Positions 1 through 7,953 are shown, counted from the stretch's first letter. The stretch: 34,669 bases of DNA from a bacterium (GCA_043820855.1 JBDRDK010000039.1:1-34669); one strand, 5' to 3'. Notes: a model not told the origin generated them from the sequence alone. A program made the numbers and translations.

Positions 1-281
1 ACCTCTTTTACTCTTGGGATCTGCTCATATAGTTCGTCTGGAGCTTTGACTCTCTTGGCTTTGTATCCAGCAAACTTTTTGTGTCTAAATGTTGGCCCCC
101 TAAGATCAAAAGTAGATACTACATATTTTGGTTTGAGATCAACTATTGCTTTGAGTAAGATACTTGCAAAACCAAATATAGCGCCAGTTGGCTCACCAGA
201 AGGAGAGCGCAGGTTTGGCATAGCATGGAAACCTCTGTGTATAAGGGCGTTACCGTCAATTATCAAAAATTTAGATTTCAT
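1..281 (-). CDS. polA: DNA polymerase I, N-terminal 5'-3' exonuclease domain (runs off window edge)
   Basis: Not in ORF track. Manual translation from ATG at 281: MKSKFLIIDGNALIHRGFHAMPNLRSPSGEPTGAIFGF...FDLRGPTFRHKKFAGYKAKR..PDELYEQIP, the typical PolI 5' nuclease start. A stand-alone 5'-3' exonuclease cannot be excluded. Confidence 0.88.
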   Translation of the reverse strand, partial: MKSKFLIIDGNALIHRGFHAMPNLRSPSGEPTGAIFGFASILLKAIVDLKPKYVVSTFDLRGPTFRHKKFAGYKAKRVKAPDELYEQIPRVKE

Positions 282-288
282 AAATTTT

Positions 289-396
289 TTAGTTATTTGG
301 TTATTGAAAAATTAAGTTATTAAGTTATTAAGTGATCGAGTGATTAAGAATTTTACTCAATAACCCAATAACTCTATAACCCGATCACTTGTTTTT
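289..396. repeat. Inverted octamer array: (TAAGTTAT-like)n followed by (ATAACYYR-like)n
   Basis: Units ttagttat/ttggttat/taagttat/taagttat/taagtgat/cgagtgat then ataaccca/ataactct/ataacccg/atcacttg. 319-396 matches the reverse complement of 2908-2985 at 74/78. Confidence 0.9.
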
Positions 397-1704
397 ATGG
401 TAGCCCAGTTCGCTTAGAATTTTTTTGATAATATCTCTATCGCTCCAAGGTATTTTTTGCTCGCCTACAACTATACATTCTTCAGCACCTTTGCCAGTCA
501 CAACCACTAAGTCACCTCCACCAGCTGCAGTCAGGGCTTTACGTAAAGCTTCTTCACGACTTGAGATTTTGAAATAATCTAATCCTAATTTCAGTTTCTT
601 TTCTTTGCGACCTTTTGGCACACCGCTTGCAACCTCTTCGATAATAGTGTCTGGATCTTCGGTGTATGGATCTTCATTAGTTACAAACACTAGATTTGCA
701 AATCTACCAGCCAGAGCTCCAAGTATAGGTCGCTTAGTTTTGTCTCTATCTCCGCAAGCACCAAGCACTGCGATAATTCGATTAGGTCGTAAATTACTTA
801 GAGTTTCATATAGTTTTTTTAAAGCATCAGGAGTGTGGGCATAATCTACGATTACTGTAAAGGGCTGACCAGCTTCGATTTTCTCAACTCTACCAGGTAC
901 TAGTTTTACTTTTTCTAAACCTTTTTTACAAATACTCAAAGGTACACCTTGGGACAAACCAGTAGCAATAGCAGCTAATGCGTTTTGCACATTAAATCTT
1001 CCTGGTAAATTTAGCTTGATCTCCTGATCACCTTTGGCACTAGTCACATAAAACTGGCTGTATGAAGCTGTATAATTGGTTTTTTTAGTGCTGACATCTC
1101 CACCCAGTATTCCGTATTTTAATTTATAATCAGCGTCAAATTTGTTGAAATATGAAAAGCTAGGATCGTCTCTATTTACAATAATTACTTTTTGCACTCC
1201 GTCTTTGTGTAGAGATTTTTTCAAACCAGAAAAAAGCAATGCTTTGGCACGTTTGTATTCATCCATTGTCTTGTGGTAATCAAGATGCTCTTGACTAACA
1301 TTAGTTAAGACAGCTACATCAAATGGAATTCCCCAAACTCTGTGCTGAACCAAAGCATGAGAGGTAACCTCAATTATTGCGTACTGACATTTGGCTTTGT
1401 TCATCTCAGCCATGAGAGAAAGAAGCTTAAATGGGGACTGGGTAGTCATCTTGGTTTCATTGACTCTATCAACCCCAGCAATACTGATATTTATAGTACT
1501 CACTAGCCCGACTTTGAAACCAGCTTCTTCAAGTATTGCTTTGGCGAGATTTGCAGTTGTTGTTTTGCCGTTAGTACCAGTGATCCCAATCACGATCATT
1601 TTCTTACCCGGAAATCCATAGCGAATATTAGCCAAAATAGCTTGCAGTTTATGATACAACAAGATTACCTCAGGTGATAAAATTTTACGCAAGTATTGTT
1701 TCAT
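385..1704 (-). CDS. murE: UDP-N-acetylmuramoyl-tripeptide synthetase (Mur ligase)
   Basis: GITGTNGKTT P-loop, EVTSH, EHLDYH, DYAHTPD, GDRDKTKR, VTGKGAE. The specificity motif reads EDPY rather than DNPR. Confidence 0.92.
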   Translation of the reverse strand: MKQYLRKILSPEVILLYHKLQAILANIRYGFPGKKMIVIGITGTNGKTTTANLAKAILEEAGFKVGLVSTINISIAGVDRVNETKMTTQSPFKLLSLMAEMNKAKCQYAIIEVTSHALVQHRVWGIPFDVAVLTNVSQEHLDYHKTMDEYKRAKALLFSGLKKSLHKDGVQKVIIVNRDDPSFSYFNKFDADYKLKYGILGGDVSTKKTNYTASYSQFYVTSAKGDQEIKLNLPGRFNVQNALAAIATGLSQGVPLSICKKGLEKVKLVPGRVEKIEAGQPFTVIVDYAHTPDALKKLYETLSNLRPNRIIAVLGACGDRDKTKRPILGALAGRFANLVFVTNEDPYTEDPDTIIEEVASGVPKGRKEKKLKLGLDYFKISSREEALRKALTAAGGGDLVVVTGKGAEECIVVGEQKIPWSDRDIIKKILSELGYHKNK

Positions 1705-1710
1705 AGCAAG

Positions 1711-1876
1711 TTAGTTATTAATTATTTCAGCCAGAGGCTTCAACCATAGACCGATAGTCCTCTGGACTAGATCGTCTCAGACAAAGCCTGACTCGCTTTG
1801 GACGAAGTTATTAGTGACTTGTGACTGGTTATTGGCTTTGTTCTACTAGTAACCAATAACTGATAACTAGTAACCA
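1711..1876. repeat. Composite element: heptamer array with nested REP-like double hairpins
   Basis: ttcagccagaggct...gatcgtc...ctttggacgaa, interrupted by related hairpin copies and flanked by (ttRgtta)/(taacYaa) heptamers. Homologous to the reverse complement of 18440-18560. Confidence 0.8.
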
Positions 1877-1879
1877 TTG

Positions 1880-2806
1880 TTACAGTCCTCTTCGCTGTCT
1901 CTCAATAATTTTATATGTTTTGTAAAGCCAAGGTGCAAAAATGAGATCATAGCTTCCGATTAGCTCTATGTGTCTACCACCGAATTTTTCTTTAAATTCT
2001 GTTATGCCGTCGTATTTATGTTTTTTTACATTTTTTGGGCTTACAGCTAAAAGGTCATAGATTGTGCAATTCTTTCTCTTTGCATCTTTGATTATGTGCC
2101 AGTGCAAAAGATATGGAGCCATCAAGTTTCGGTGTTCACTAGATGATGCACCGTACAAATATGTGGCTGTACTACCCTGAAAAGTTGCAATAATAGCTGC
2201 CAAAGGTTGGTGTTCAAAATATGCGAGATAAACTTCGCCAATCTTTTTCTTTTCAAAAGTTGCTAACATTTTTTGAAAATATATTTTTGCTCTAGGTGTG
2301 AATTTGTCGCGTTTACTGGTTTCAACAAATAGTTTGTAGAAATTTTTGAGTTCACGAGTAGAAATACCAGATGTAATCTTAATACCTTTTTTCTCAGCTA
2401 AGCTCACATTGTATCTACCTTTTGGTTTCATTTTTTTAAGAATTTTTTCCTGTGTGTCTGAGATATCAAGCATGTTTCTTGAGCTAGGTTGAAGCTCTTC
2501 AAAGCTTTTGATAAATTTATTTTTCTCTAAAAAGCTATTAGTTTGCTTGTCTGTAGATTCAACAATAGGTTCAATTTTCAAAAATATCGCATTTGTACGC
2601 TTGGCTAATTCTTTGACTTTATCTATATCTAATTCAAGCAAAGCTTCTTTGGTTACTTCCGGAATATATAATACAGATCTACCAAGTGCAATCTTTTTTT
2701 GCAAAATCCAAACCTTGCTAATTTGGTGCTGTCTCCAACCAAAATTAGCTTTAAAATCACTCCATTCTTTGGTTTGTAAAACGCTGTCGTAATTATCTAA
2801 ATTCAT
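1880..2806 (-). CDS. FemAB/FemX-family lipid II peptide-bridge aminoacyltransferase
   Basis: LQTKEW N-terminal motif, MKPKGRYNV, YLYGASS, APYLLHW, GITEFKEKFGG. Confidence 0.88.
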   Translation of the reverse strand: MNLDNYDSVLQTKEWSDFKANFGWRQHQISKVWILQKKIALGRSVLYIPEVTKEALLELDIDKVKELAKRTNAIFLKIEPIVESTDKQTNSFLEKNKFIKSFEELQPSSRNMLDISDTQEKILKKMKPKGRYNVSLAEKKGIKITSGISTRELKNFYKLFVETSKRDKFTPRAKIYFQKMLATFEKKKIGEVYLAYFEHQPLAAIIATFQGSTATYLYGASSSEHRNLMAPYLLHWHIIKDAKRKNCTIYDLLAVSPKNVKKHKYDGITEFKEKFGGRHIELIGSYDLIFAPWLYKTYKIIERQRRGL

Positions 2807-2815
2807 ATCACCTTT

Positions 2816-2824
2816 ATTTTACCA
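2816..2824 (-). promoter_or_regulatory. Extended -10 (TGgTAAAAT) for femAB-murE; near-leaderless
   Basis: Reverse complement of attttacca, ending ~10 nt before the ATG at 2806. Confidence 0.5.
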
Positions 2825-2907
2825 CATTTTAAGCAATATTATAGGGAAGGTAAATTATACAAGGAACTATAAATAGTTTCAAGTCATCGATTTTTTTGAG
2901 ATAATAG

Positions 2908-3013
2908 AAAAACAAGTGACCGAGTTATAGAGTTATTGGGTTATTGAGTAAAATCCTTAATCACTCAATCACTTAATAACTTAATCACTACTTTTATTAA
3001 TAACTTAATAACT
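2908..3013. repeat. Inverted octamer array in the tsaD leader
   Basis: caagtgac/cgagttat/agagttat/tgggttat/tgagtaaa then atcactca/atcactta/ataactta, running up to the tsaD ATG. Inverted copy of 319-396. Confidence 0.9.
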
Positions 3014-4108
3014 ATGTATATCCTAGCAATAGAAACATCTTGTGATGAAACTAGCGCTGCAATTGTAGATCAAACAGGCAGTGTGTTGGCTGTAGAAACC
3101 ATATCGCAGATCCCTATCCACAAAAAATACGGTGGGGTCGTGCCAGAGGTTGCATCCCGCAATCACACGCTTGTGATACTGCCGACTATTCAAAAGGTAA
3201 TTAAAAAAGTGTTCAAAACAGATGACTTAAAGATCGGTTTGCATAAAATAGACGCTCTAGCTGTAACAGTGGGCCCTGGTCTTATCGGGTCACTTTTGGT
3301 TGGAGTAAACACAGTTAAAACATTGGGGTACCTAAGTGGTAAGAAAATCTTTGGTGTTAATCATCTTGAAGGCCACATATACGCAAATTGGATCAAGTCA
3401 TCAGTTACTGGTTATCAGTTATCAGTTACTGGTAAGCAAAAACTAATCACCAATCACCAATCACCAATAACTAACATTGAGTTTCCTGCTTTGGTATTGA
3501 TTGTATCTGGCGGGCACACTAGTTTGATCAAGATGCTCGACCACGGCAGATATCAAACTCTTGGACAAACCTTAGATGACGCAGCTGGAGAAGCTTTTGA
3601 TAAAGTTGCCAAACTCTTGGACCTACCCTACCCAGGCGGACCAGAGATTGAAAAACGTGCAAAACTGGGCAACCCCGAAACTTATAACTTACCCATACCA
3701 ATGGAAAAATCTCAAGACCTAAATTTTAGTTTTTCTGGACTGAAAACAGCTGTACTTTATCTTGTGAAAAAAACTAAAGATATTCAGAAAGATGATCTAT
3801 GCAAAAACTTTCAAGATGTATTAATTAAATCTCTACTGCAAAAGACATCAAAAGCTACCCGAATTCATAAGCCCAAATCAATCCTTTTGTCTGGTGGGGT
3901 AATTAATAATAAAGCTTTGAGGCAGAGCTTCAAGTCTTATTTTCAAAAACATTTCAAAGATATTAATTTGTACATGCCCGATCTATTATTTTGTACTGAT
4001 AACGCAGCTATGATCGGTGCTGCAGCTCAGTATCAATCCTTGAAATCATCAGGTAAAAACTGGTATGATATTGATGTTGATCCAAACGCCAAATTAGCAA
4101 ATGGCTAA
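3014..4108 (+). CDS. tsaD: tRNA N6-threonylcarbamoyladenosine transferase TsaD with a repeat-derived insert
   Basis: ILAIETSCDET, GGVVPEVASRNH, NHLEGH, VSGGHT, DDAAGEAFDK, FSFSGLKT, CTDNAAMI. Confidence 0.96.
   Translation: MYILAIETSCDETSAAIVDQTGSVLAVETISQIPIHKKYGGVVPEVASRNHTLVILPTIQKVIKKVFKTDDLKIGLHKIDALAVTVGPGLIGSLLVGVNTVKTLGYLSGKKIFGVNHLEGHIYANWIKSSVTGYQLSVTGKQKLITNHQSPITNIEFPALVLIVSGGHTSLIKMLDHGRYQTLGQTLDDAAGEAFDKVAKLLDLPYPGGPEIEKRAKLGNPETYNLPIPMEKSQDLNFSFSGLKTAVLYLVKKTKDIQKDDLCKNFQDVLIKSLLQKTSKATRIHKPKSILLSGGVINNKALRQSFKSYFQKHFKDINLYMPDLLFCTDNAAMIGAAAQYQSLKSSGKNWYDIDVDPNAKLANG
3394..3474. repeat. Inverted heptamer array, in frame inside tsaD
   Basis: tcagtta/ctggtta/tcagtta/tcagtta/ctggtaa ... 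aaactaa/tcaccaa x3/taactaa. Confidence 0.9.
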
Positions 4109-4220
4109 TGGCATATGGCGAATGGCACATAGCAAATAGCAAATGGCATATAGCAAATGGCGAATGGCACATAGCAAATAGCAAATGGCATATAGAAAAT
4201 AGCAAATGGCATATAGAAAA
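4095..4220 (+). repeat. Tandem heptamer array, 18 units, consensus TRGCNNA
   Basis: Exact 7-bp period (tagcaaa, tggctaa, tggcata, tggcgaa, tggcaca...) with a higher-order 42-bp duplication. Contains the tsaD stop codon. Confidence 0.95.
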
Positions 4221-4234
4221 TGGGGAGTAATGAA

Positions 4235-6379
4235 ATGAAAAAATTATTTGACAAACAATTTGATGGACCATATAAGGCCAGTGAGTTTGAGCCGGAAATT
4301 TTGAAATTTTGGGAAGAGAAAAAATACAGTCAAGCTGAGAATAATTCCAGAAAAGAAAAATTTGTAATCTCTACACCTCCACCAAATGTCACAGGCGAAT
4401 TGCATATCGGTCATATCACGCCTTTTACTTTTATTGATATATATGGCAGGAAAAACAGAATGGCAGGAAAAAATGTCCTTCTTGTACCCGGCACTGATCA
4501 CGCTGCGATCGCTGCTCAAAATGTAGTAGAAAAAGAATTGAAGAAAAAAGGTATAACCAAAGAAAAGCTTGGTCGTGAAAAATTCCAAGAAGAGATGTGG
4601 GAATTTATCAAGGAATACAGGCCTCGTATTGAAAAACAGATTAAAATGGTTGGAGTAAGTGTTGACTGGTCTCGAAATCACTTTACTATGGACCCTGACC
4701 TGACTAATGCAGTACACGAAGCATTTCAACGCTTAAAAAAAGATAAACTAATTTATCAGGACGAGTATCTAATTAATTGGTGTCCTAGATGTGGTACTGC
4801 TCTTTCTGATGATGAAGTTGAGCACAAAGAACAAACAGCAAAGCTGTATACTTTTAAATATTCAAAAGATTTTCCAATAAGTATTGCTACAACCAGGCCA
4901 GAAACTAAACTCGGGGACACAGCCGTAGCTGTAAATCCAGAAGATAAAAAATATAAGAAATATATTGGACAAACTTTTGATGTTGATTTTCTTGATGTAA
5001 AGCTGAATATCAAGATCATCGGCGACCGTGAAGTTGATCCAAAATTTGGTACAGGTGCTGTGGGCATCACACCTGCTCACTCTTTAGCTGATTGGCGTAT
5101 TGCCAAAAGTAATAACCTAAAAATCATTCCAGTTATTGGTCAAAATACTAGAATCTTGAAAGGTTTCGGAGAATTTTCTGAAATGAAAATAGGTGATGCA
5201 CGAAACAGAATCGTAGAACTACTAAAAGAGAAAAAACTTCTAGAAAAAGTTGAAGATATAAAAAACAATCTCTCAATATGCTATCGCTGCGAAGCACTTA
5301 TCGAACCCCTTCCTTCCAAACAATGGTTTATTAAAATTGCGCCTTTAGCAAAGTTAGCTCGTGATGCAGTTAAAAAGGGTGAAATCAAAATCATTCCAAA
5401 AAACTTCGAAAAAGTATATTTTAATTGGATGGATAATATTCATGATTGGTGTATTTCCAGACAGCTGTGGTGGGGACACGAACTTCCAGAAAAAGACAGT
5501 AAGGATGTGCTGGATACTTGGTTTTCATCAGCTTTATGGCCTTTTGCCACTCTTGGCTGGCCCAAAGAAACTTCTGATTATAAAAACTTTTATCCAACCA
5601 GTATGATGATTACTGGCTCGGATATTCTCTTTTTCTGGGTTGCCCGAATGATTATGTTTGGCAAGTATTTCACAGGTAAAGCTCCTTTTGAAACAGTGCT
5701 TATGCACGGCCTAATTCTAGACAAAGACGGTAAAAAGATGAGCAAATCCCGTGGCAATGTGATTAATCCAATCCCAATGATTGAACTATACGGATCAGAT
5801 GCTTTGCGTATGGCAGTAATTGTTGGCAACACGCTTGGTAACGATATAGCGCTTGGTGAGGATAAGATAAGAGCATATCGAAACTTCTCAAATAAAATAT
5901 GGAACGCAACTCGATTTGTAATTAGTAATTTAAGTGATTTTGATCCCTCGCTTACACCCGGGACAAGTCCCAAGATGGACAAAGAATCAGAAAAATACTT
6001 GGAAAATCTTAATAAAATTATTGCTGAAACTAATGAGCATTTCGCAAAAAAACGCATTGCTTTGGGTGCTGAAAAACTGTATGAGTTTTTCTGGCATTAT
6101 TTCTGTGATAAATGCATAGAAGAATTAAAACCGAAATTGAGCACAGCGAAACCCCGTACCGACGACACTAAGTTGTCTGGTGCGCGGGCCAATCAAGAAA
6201 AACTCGCTGCTCAACACACCCTATATATAATGCTCATAAATTCCTTAAAGCTTTTACACCCATATATACCTTTTGTAACTGAAGCTTGTTGGCAAAAGCT
6301 TAAAAAAAACATTAAGAATAATAACTTAGAAGAAAGTATAATGATCGCCAAATGGCCAAAGCAAATAGAAGTTAAGTGA
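4235..6379 (+). CDS. valS: Valine--tRNA ligase (compact form)
   Basis: PPPNVTGELHIGH, PGTDHA, ATTRPET, DWCISRQLWWGH, DVLDTWFSS, KMSKS. Start placed at ATG 4235 after GGGGAG rather than 4220, which lies at the end of the repeat. Confidence 0.95.
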   Translation: MKKLFDKQFDGPYKASEFEPEILKFWEEKKYSQAENNSRKEKFVISTPPPNVTGELHIGHITPFTFIDIYGRKNRMAGKNVLLVPGTDHAAIAAQNVVEKELKKKGITKEKLGREKFQEEMWEFIKEYRPRIEKQIKMVGVSVDWSRNHFTMDPDLTNAVHEAFQRLKKDKLIYQDEYLINWCPRCGTALSDDEVEHKEQTAKLYTFKYSKDFPISIATTRPETKLGDTAVAVNPEDKKYKKYIGQTFDVDFLDVKLNIKIIGDREVDPKFGTGAVGITPAHSLADWRIAKSNNLKIIPVIGQNTRILKGFGEFSEMKIGDARNRIVELLKEKKLLEKVEDIKNNLSICYRCEALIEPLPSKQWFIKIAPLAKLARDAVKKGEIKIIPKNFEKVYFNWMDNIHDWCISRQLWWGHELPEKDSKDVLDTWFSSALWPFATLGWPKETSDYKNFYPTSMMITGSDILFFWVARMIMFGKYFTGKAPFETVLMHGLILDKDGKKMSKSRGNVINPIPMIELYGSDALRMAVIVGNTLGNDIALGEDKIRAYRNFSNKIWNATRFVISNLSDFDPSLTPGTSPKMDKESEKYLENLNKIIAETNEHFAKKRIALGAEKLYEFFWHYFCDKCIEELKPKLSTAKPRTDDTKLSGARANQEKLAAQHTLYIMLINSLKLLHPYIPFVTEACWQKLKKNIKNNNLEESIMIAKWPKQIEVK
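5942..5967 (-). repeat. REP-like hairpin (family A), in frame in valS
   Basis: ccctcgcttacacccgggacaag resembles the reverse complement of 7430-7454 (cccttcgattacactcagggcagg). Confidence 0.6.
6152..6188. repeat. GC-rich hairpin, in frame in valS
   Basis: cgtacc-gacgac-actaa-gttgtc-t-ggtgcg stem-loop within AT-rich coding sequence; encodes PRTDDTKLSGAR. Confidence 0.6.
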
Positions 6380-6404
6380 ATTAGTTACTAAGTTATTAAG
6401 TGGG
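6373..6404 (+). repeat. Octamer array, left arm flanking the four-helix-bundle gene
   Basis: taagtgaa/ttagttac/taagttat/taagtggg; includes the valS TGA. Confidence 0.7.
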
Positions 6405-6408
6405 AGGG

Positions 6409-6777
6409 ATGGAAAAACGTAAAAAAATTAAAACTTTTCAGGACCTTCGAGTATGGCAAAAGTCACATAAACTTGCATTAATAATCTATAAAATAACTAC
6501 GAAACTCCCTAAACACGAACAATATATTTTAATCAATCAAATTCGAAGATCTGCAATTTCAATACCAGCAAATATAGCCGAAGGTATGGGCAGAAACACT
6601 AAAGCAGAACTCAAGAACTTTCTTTATAATGCAAGAGGTTCTTTGCAAGAAACAATATACTTTTTAATACTCATAAAAGATTTAAATTATATAGATTCAG
6701 AAGAATATGAGAAAATATCTAAGCGTTATTTAGGATCAGGGAAAGCAATAAATATATTTCTGAAATCATTAAAGTAA
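6409..6777 (+). CDS. Four helix bundle protein (23S rRNA IVP / TIGR02436-like, Avd-like fold)
   Basis: FQDLRVWQKSH, PKHEQY, QIRRSAISIPANIAEG, ARGSLQET. Start is ATG 6409 or GTG 6400. Confidence 0.92.
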   Translation: MEKRKKIKTFQDLRVWQKSHKLALIIYKITTKLPKHEQYILINQIRRSAISIPANIAEGMGRNTKAELKNFLYNARGSLQETIYFLILIKDLNYIDSEEYEKISKRYLGSGKAINIFLKSLK

Positions 6778-6778
6778 T

Positions 6779-6810
6779 ATCTCTTAATAACTAAAACACT
6801 TATTAACTAT
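6779..6810 (-). repeat. Octamer array, right (inverted) arm flanking the four-helix-bundle gene
   Basis: atctctta/ataactaa/aacactta/ttaactat; cttaataact (6783-6792) is the exact reverse complement of agttattaag (6391-6400). Confidence 0.7.
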
Positions 6811-7846
6811 GTCTACTAGTAAATATAAATATCTTATTCGAATCCTAATGTGGGTAATTAGTATTATTGGTATTTTTGTAATAATAACTGTCCTGGTGTG
6901 GTTTAGTACTGGTAGTGTTCGTAAAACTGTAAGTCAAGATTATCAGAAAGACGCAGAAAAACTTATTGAAAATCATGAATATGACGACGCTATACTAGCT
7001 TTGAATAAAGCTGGTTTTTTTGATCCTTCAAATGATCAAGCTTGGTATGAGCTCGGTAAAATACATCGTAGTTTTTATGAATATACTCTATCTAGTAAAA
7101 GCTTCCTCAGATCTTGGAAAGCAAAAGAAGATGATAAATACTTGATAGCTTATATTGAAAGCTTACTAAAAAATGATGAGAGCGATATAGCTGAAGAATT
7201 TCTTGTGAGCATTGATGAATCTGATCTCTCAAATAGTTTGTTGTGGCTTATAAAAGCAGAAGATCAAAAACTCTCAGACGCAAAAAAATATGCGAACAAA
7301 ATAAAACGAAAATCACAAAAAAATTATTTTTTGTCATTAACCAATTTACTTGAAGAAGATTATCGGAAATTTGCAGAAACTTTAAAAAATATTCAAATCC
7401 ATAAATCAAATTCGGAGACACCTGATTTTGCCTGCCCTGAGTGTAATCGAAGGGTAATCTGGAAATTATACCCGGATTCAAATACTTTATCATCTCTAAA
7501 ATCAGCAAATAATAAAATATTAAATAGCCAAATCGCAGAATCTAAATCTCTATATTCTTATCAAGCTTTTGCCGAACTTGGACTGGGATCGATTGTGATA
7601 GAACCGTTAAAGGATTTAATTGCGGACAATTTAAATTATCGAGATGCTTGCATAGTGCTGGGAGAGATTTATTATCTTGAGGAAAATTATACAACTGCTC
7701 TTGAAAAACTAAAAAGCGCTGAAAAACTGGACTACAACTATCTGCCTACACTACAACTTCTGTATAAAACCTACCTGGCCCTAGATCAAGCAGATAAAGT
7801 TGAAGATTACAATCTACGCATTGAAAAACTGCAATTTGAAAACTAG
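6809..7846 (+). CDS. Membrane-anchored TPR-repeat protein
   Basis: N-terminal TM helix; TPR-like helices (AWYELGKIH, ACIVLGEIYY...ALEKLKSAEKLD). Confidence 0.8.
   Translation: MSTSKYKYLIRILMWVISIIGIFVIITVLVWFSTGSVRKTVSQDYQKDAEKLIENHEYDDAILALNKAGFFDPSNDQAWYELGKIHRSFYEYTLSSKSFLRSWKAKEDDKYLIAYIESLLKNDESDIAEEFLVSIDESDLSNSLLWLIKAEDQKLSDAKKYANKIKRKSQKNYFLSLTNLLEEDYRKFAETLKNIQIHKSNSETPDFACPECNRRVIWKLYPDSNTLSSLKSANNKILNSQIAESKSLYSYQAFAELGLGSIVIEPLKDLIADNLNYRDACIVLGEIYYLEENYTTALEKLKSAEKLDYNYLPTLQLLYKTYLALDQADKVEDYNLRIEKLQFEN
7430..7454 (+). repeat. REP-like hairpin (family A), in frame in the TPR gene
   Basis: gcctgccctgagtgtaatcgaaggg; related to 30834-30857, 31117-31135 and 5942-5967. Confidence 0.7.
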
Positions 7847-7887
7847 ATTACAATTATCTGCCTACACTCAAATTGCTTGCCAAAACC
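7839..7887 (+). pseudogene. Diverged relic copy of a TPR gene 3' segment
   Basis: 38/49 nt identical to 7723-7771; KLDYNYLPTLKLLAKT vs KLDYNYLPTLQLLYKT. Confidence 0.7.
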
Positions 7888-7904
7888 CATTACTTACCAA
7901 AACC

Positions 7905-7942
7905 TATTTTAACACAAAAAGAACGATCGGTCTTTACGTGTT
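7905..7942. repeat. 38-bp direct repeat, copy 1 (palindromic, with leftward extended -10)
   Basis: tattttaacacaaaaagaacgatcggtctttacgtgtt; 36/38 identical to 8533-8570. Confidence 0.92.
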
Positions 7943-7953
7943 GCGTATACCCG

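Noticed and set aside
46-315. 89-aa plus-strand ORF
   Set aside because: Antisense shadow of polA.
4008-4271. 87-aa minus-strand ORF with ICHLLF repeats
   Set aside because: Translation of the heptamer array, antisense to tsaD/valS.
6409-7887. Diversity-generating retroelement (Avd-like gene plus duplicated segment as TR/VR)
   Set aside because: No reverse transcriptase in the window, and the mismatches between 7723-7771 and 7839-7887 are not adenine-specific.
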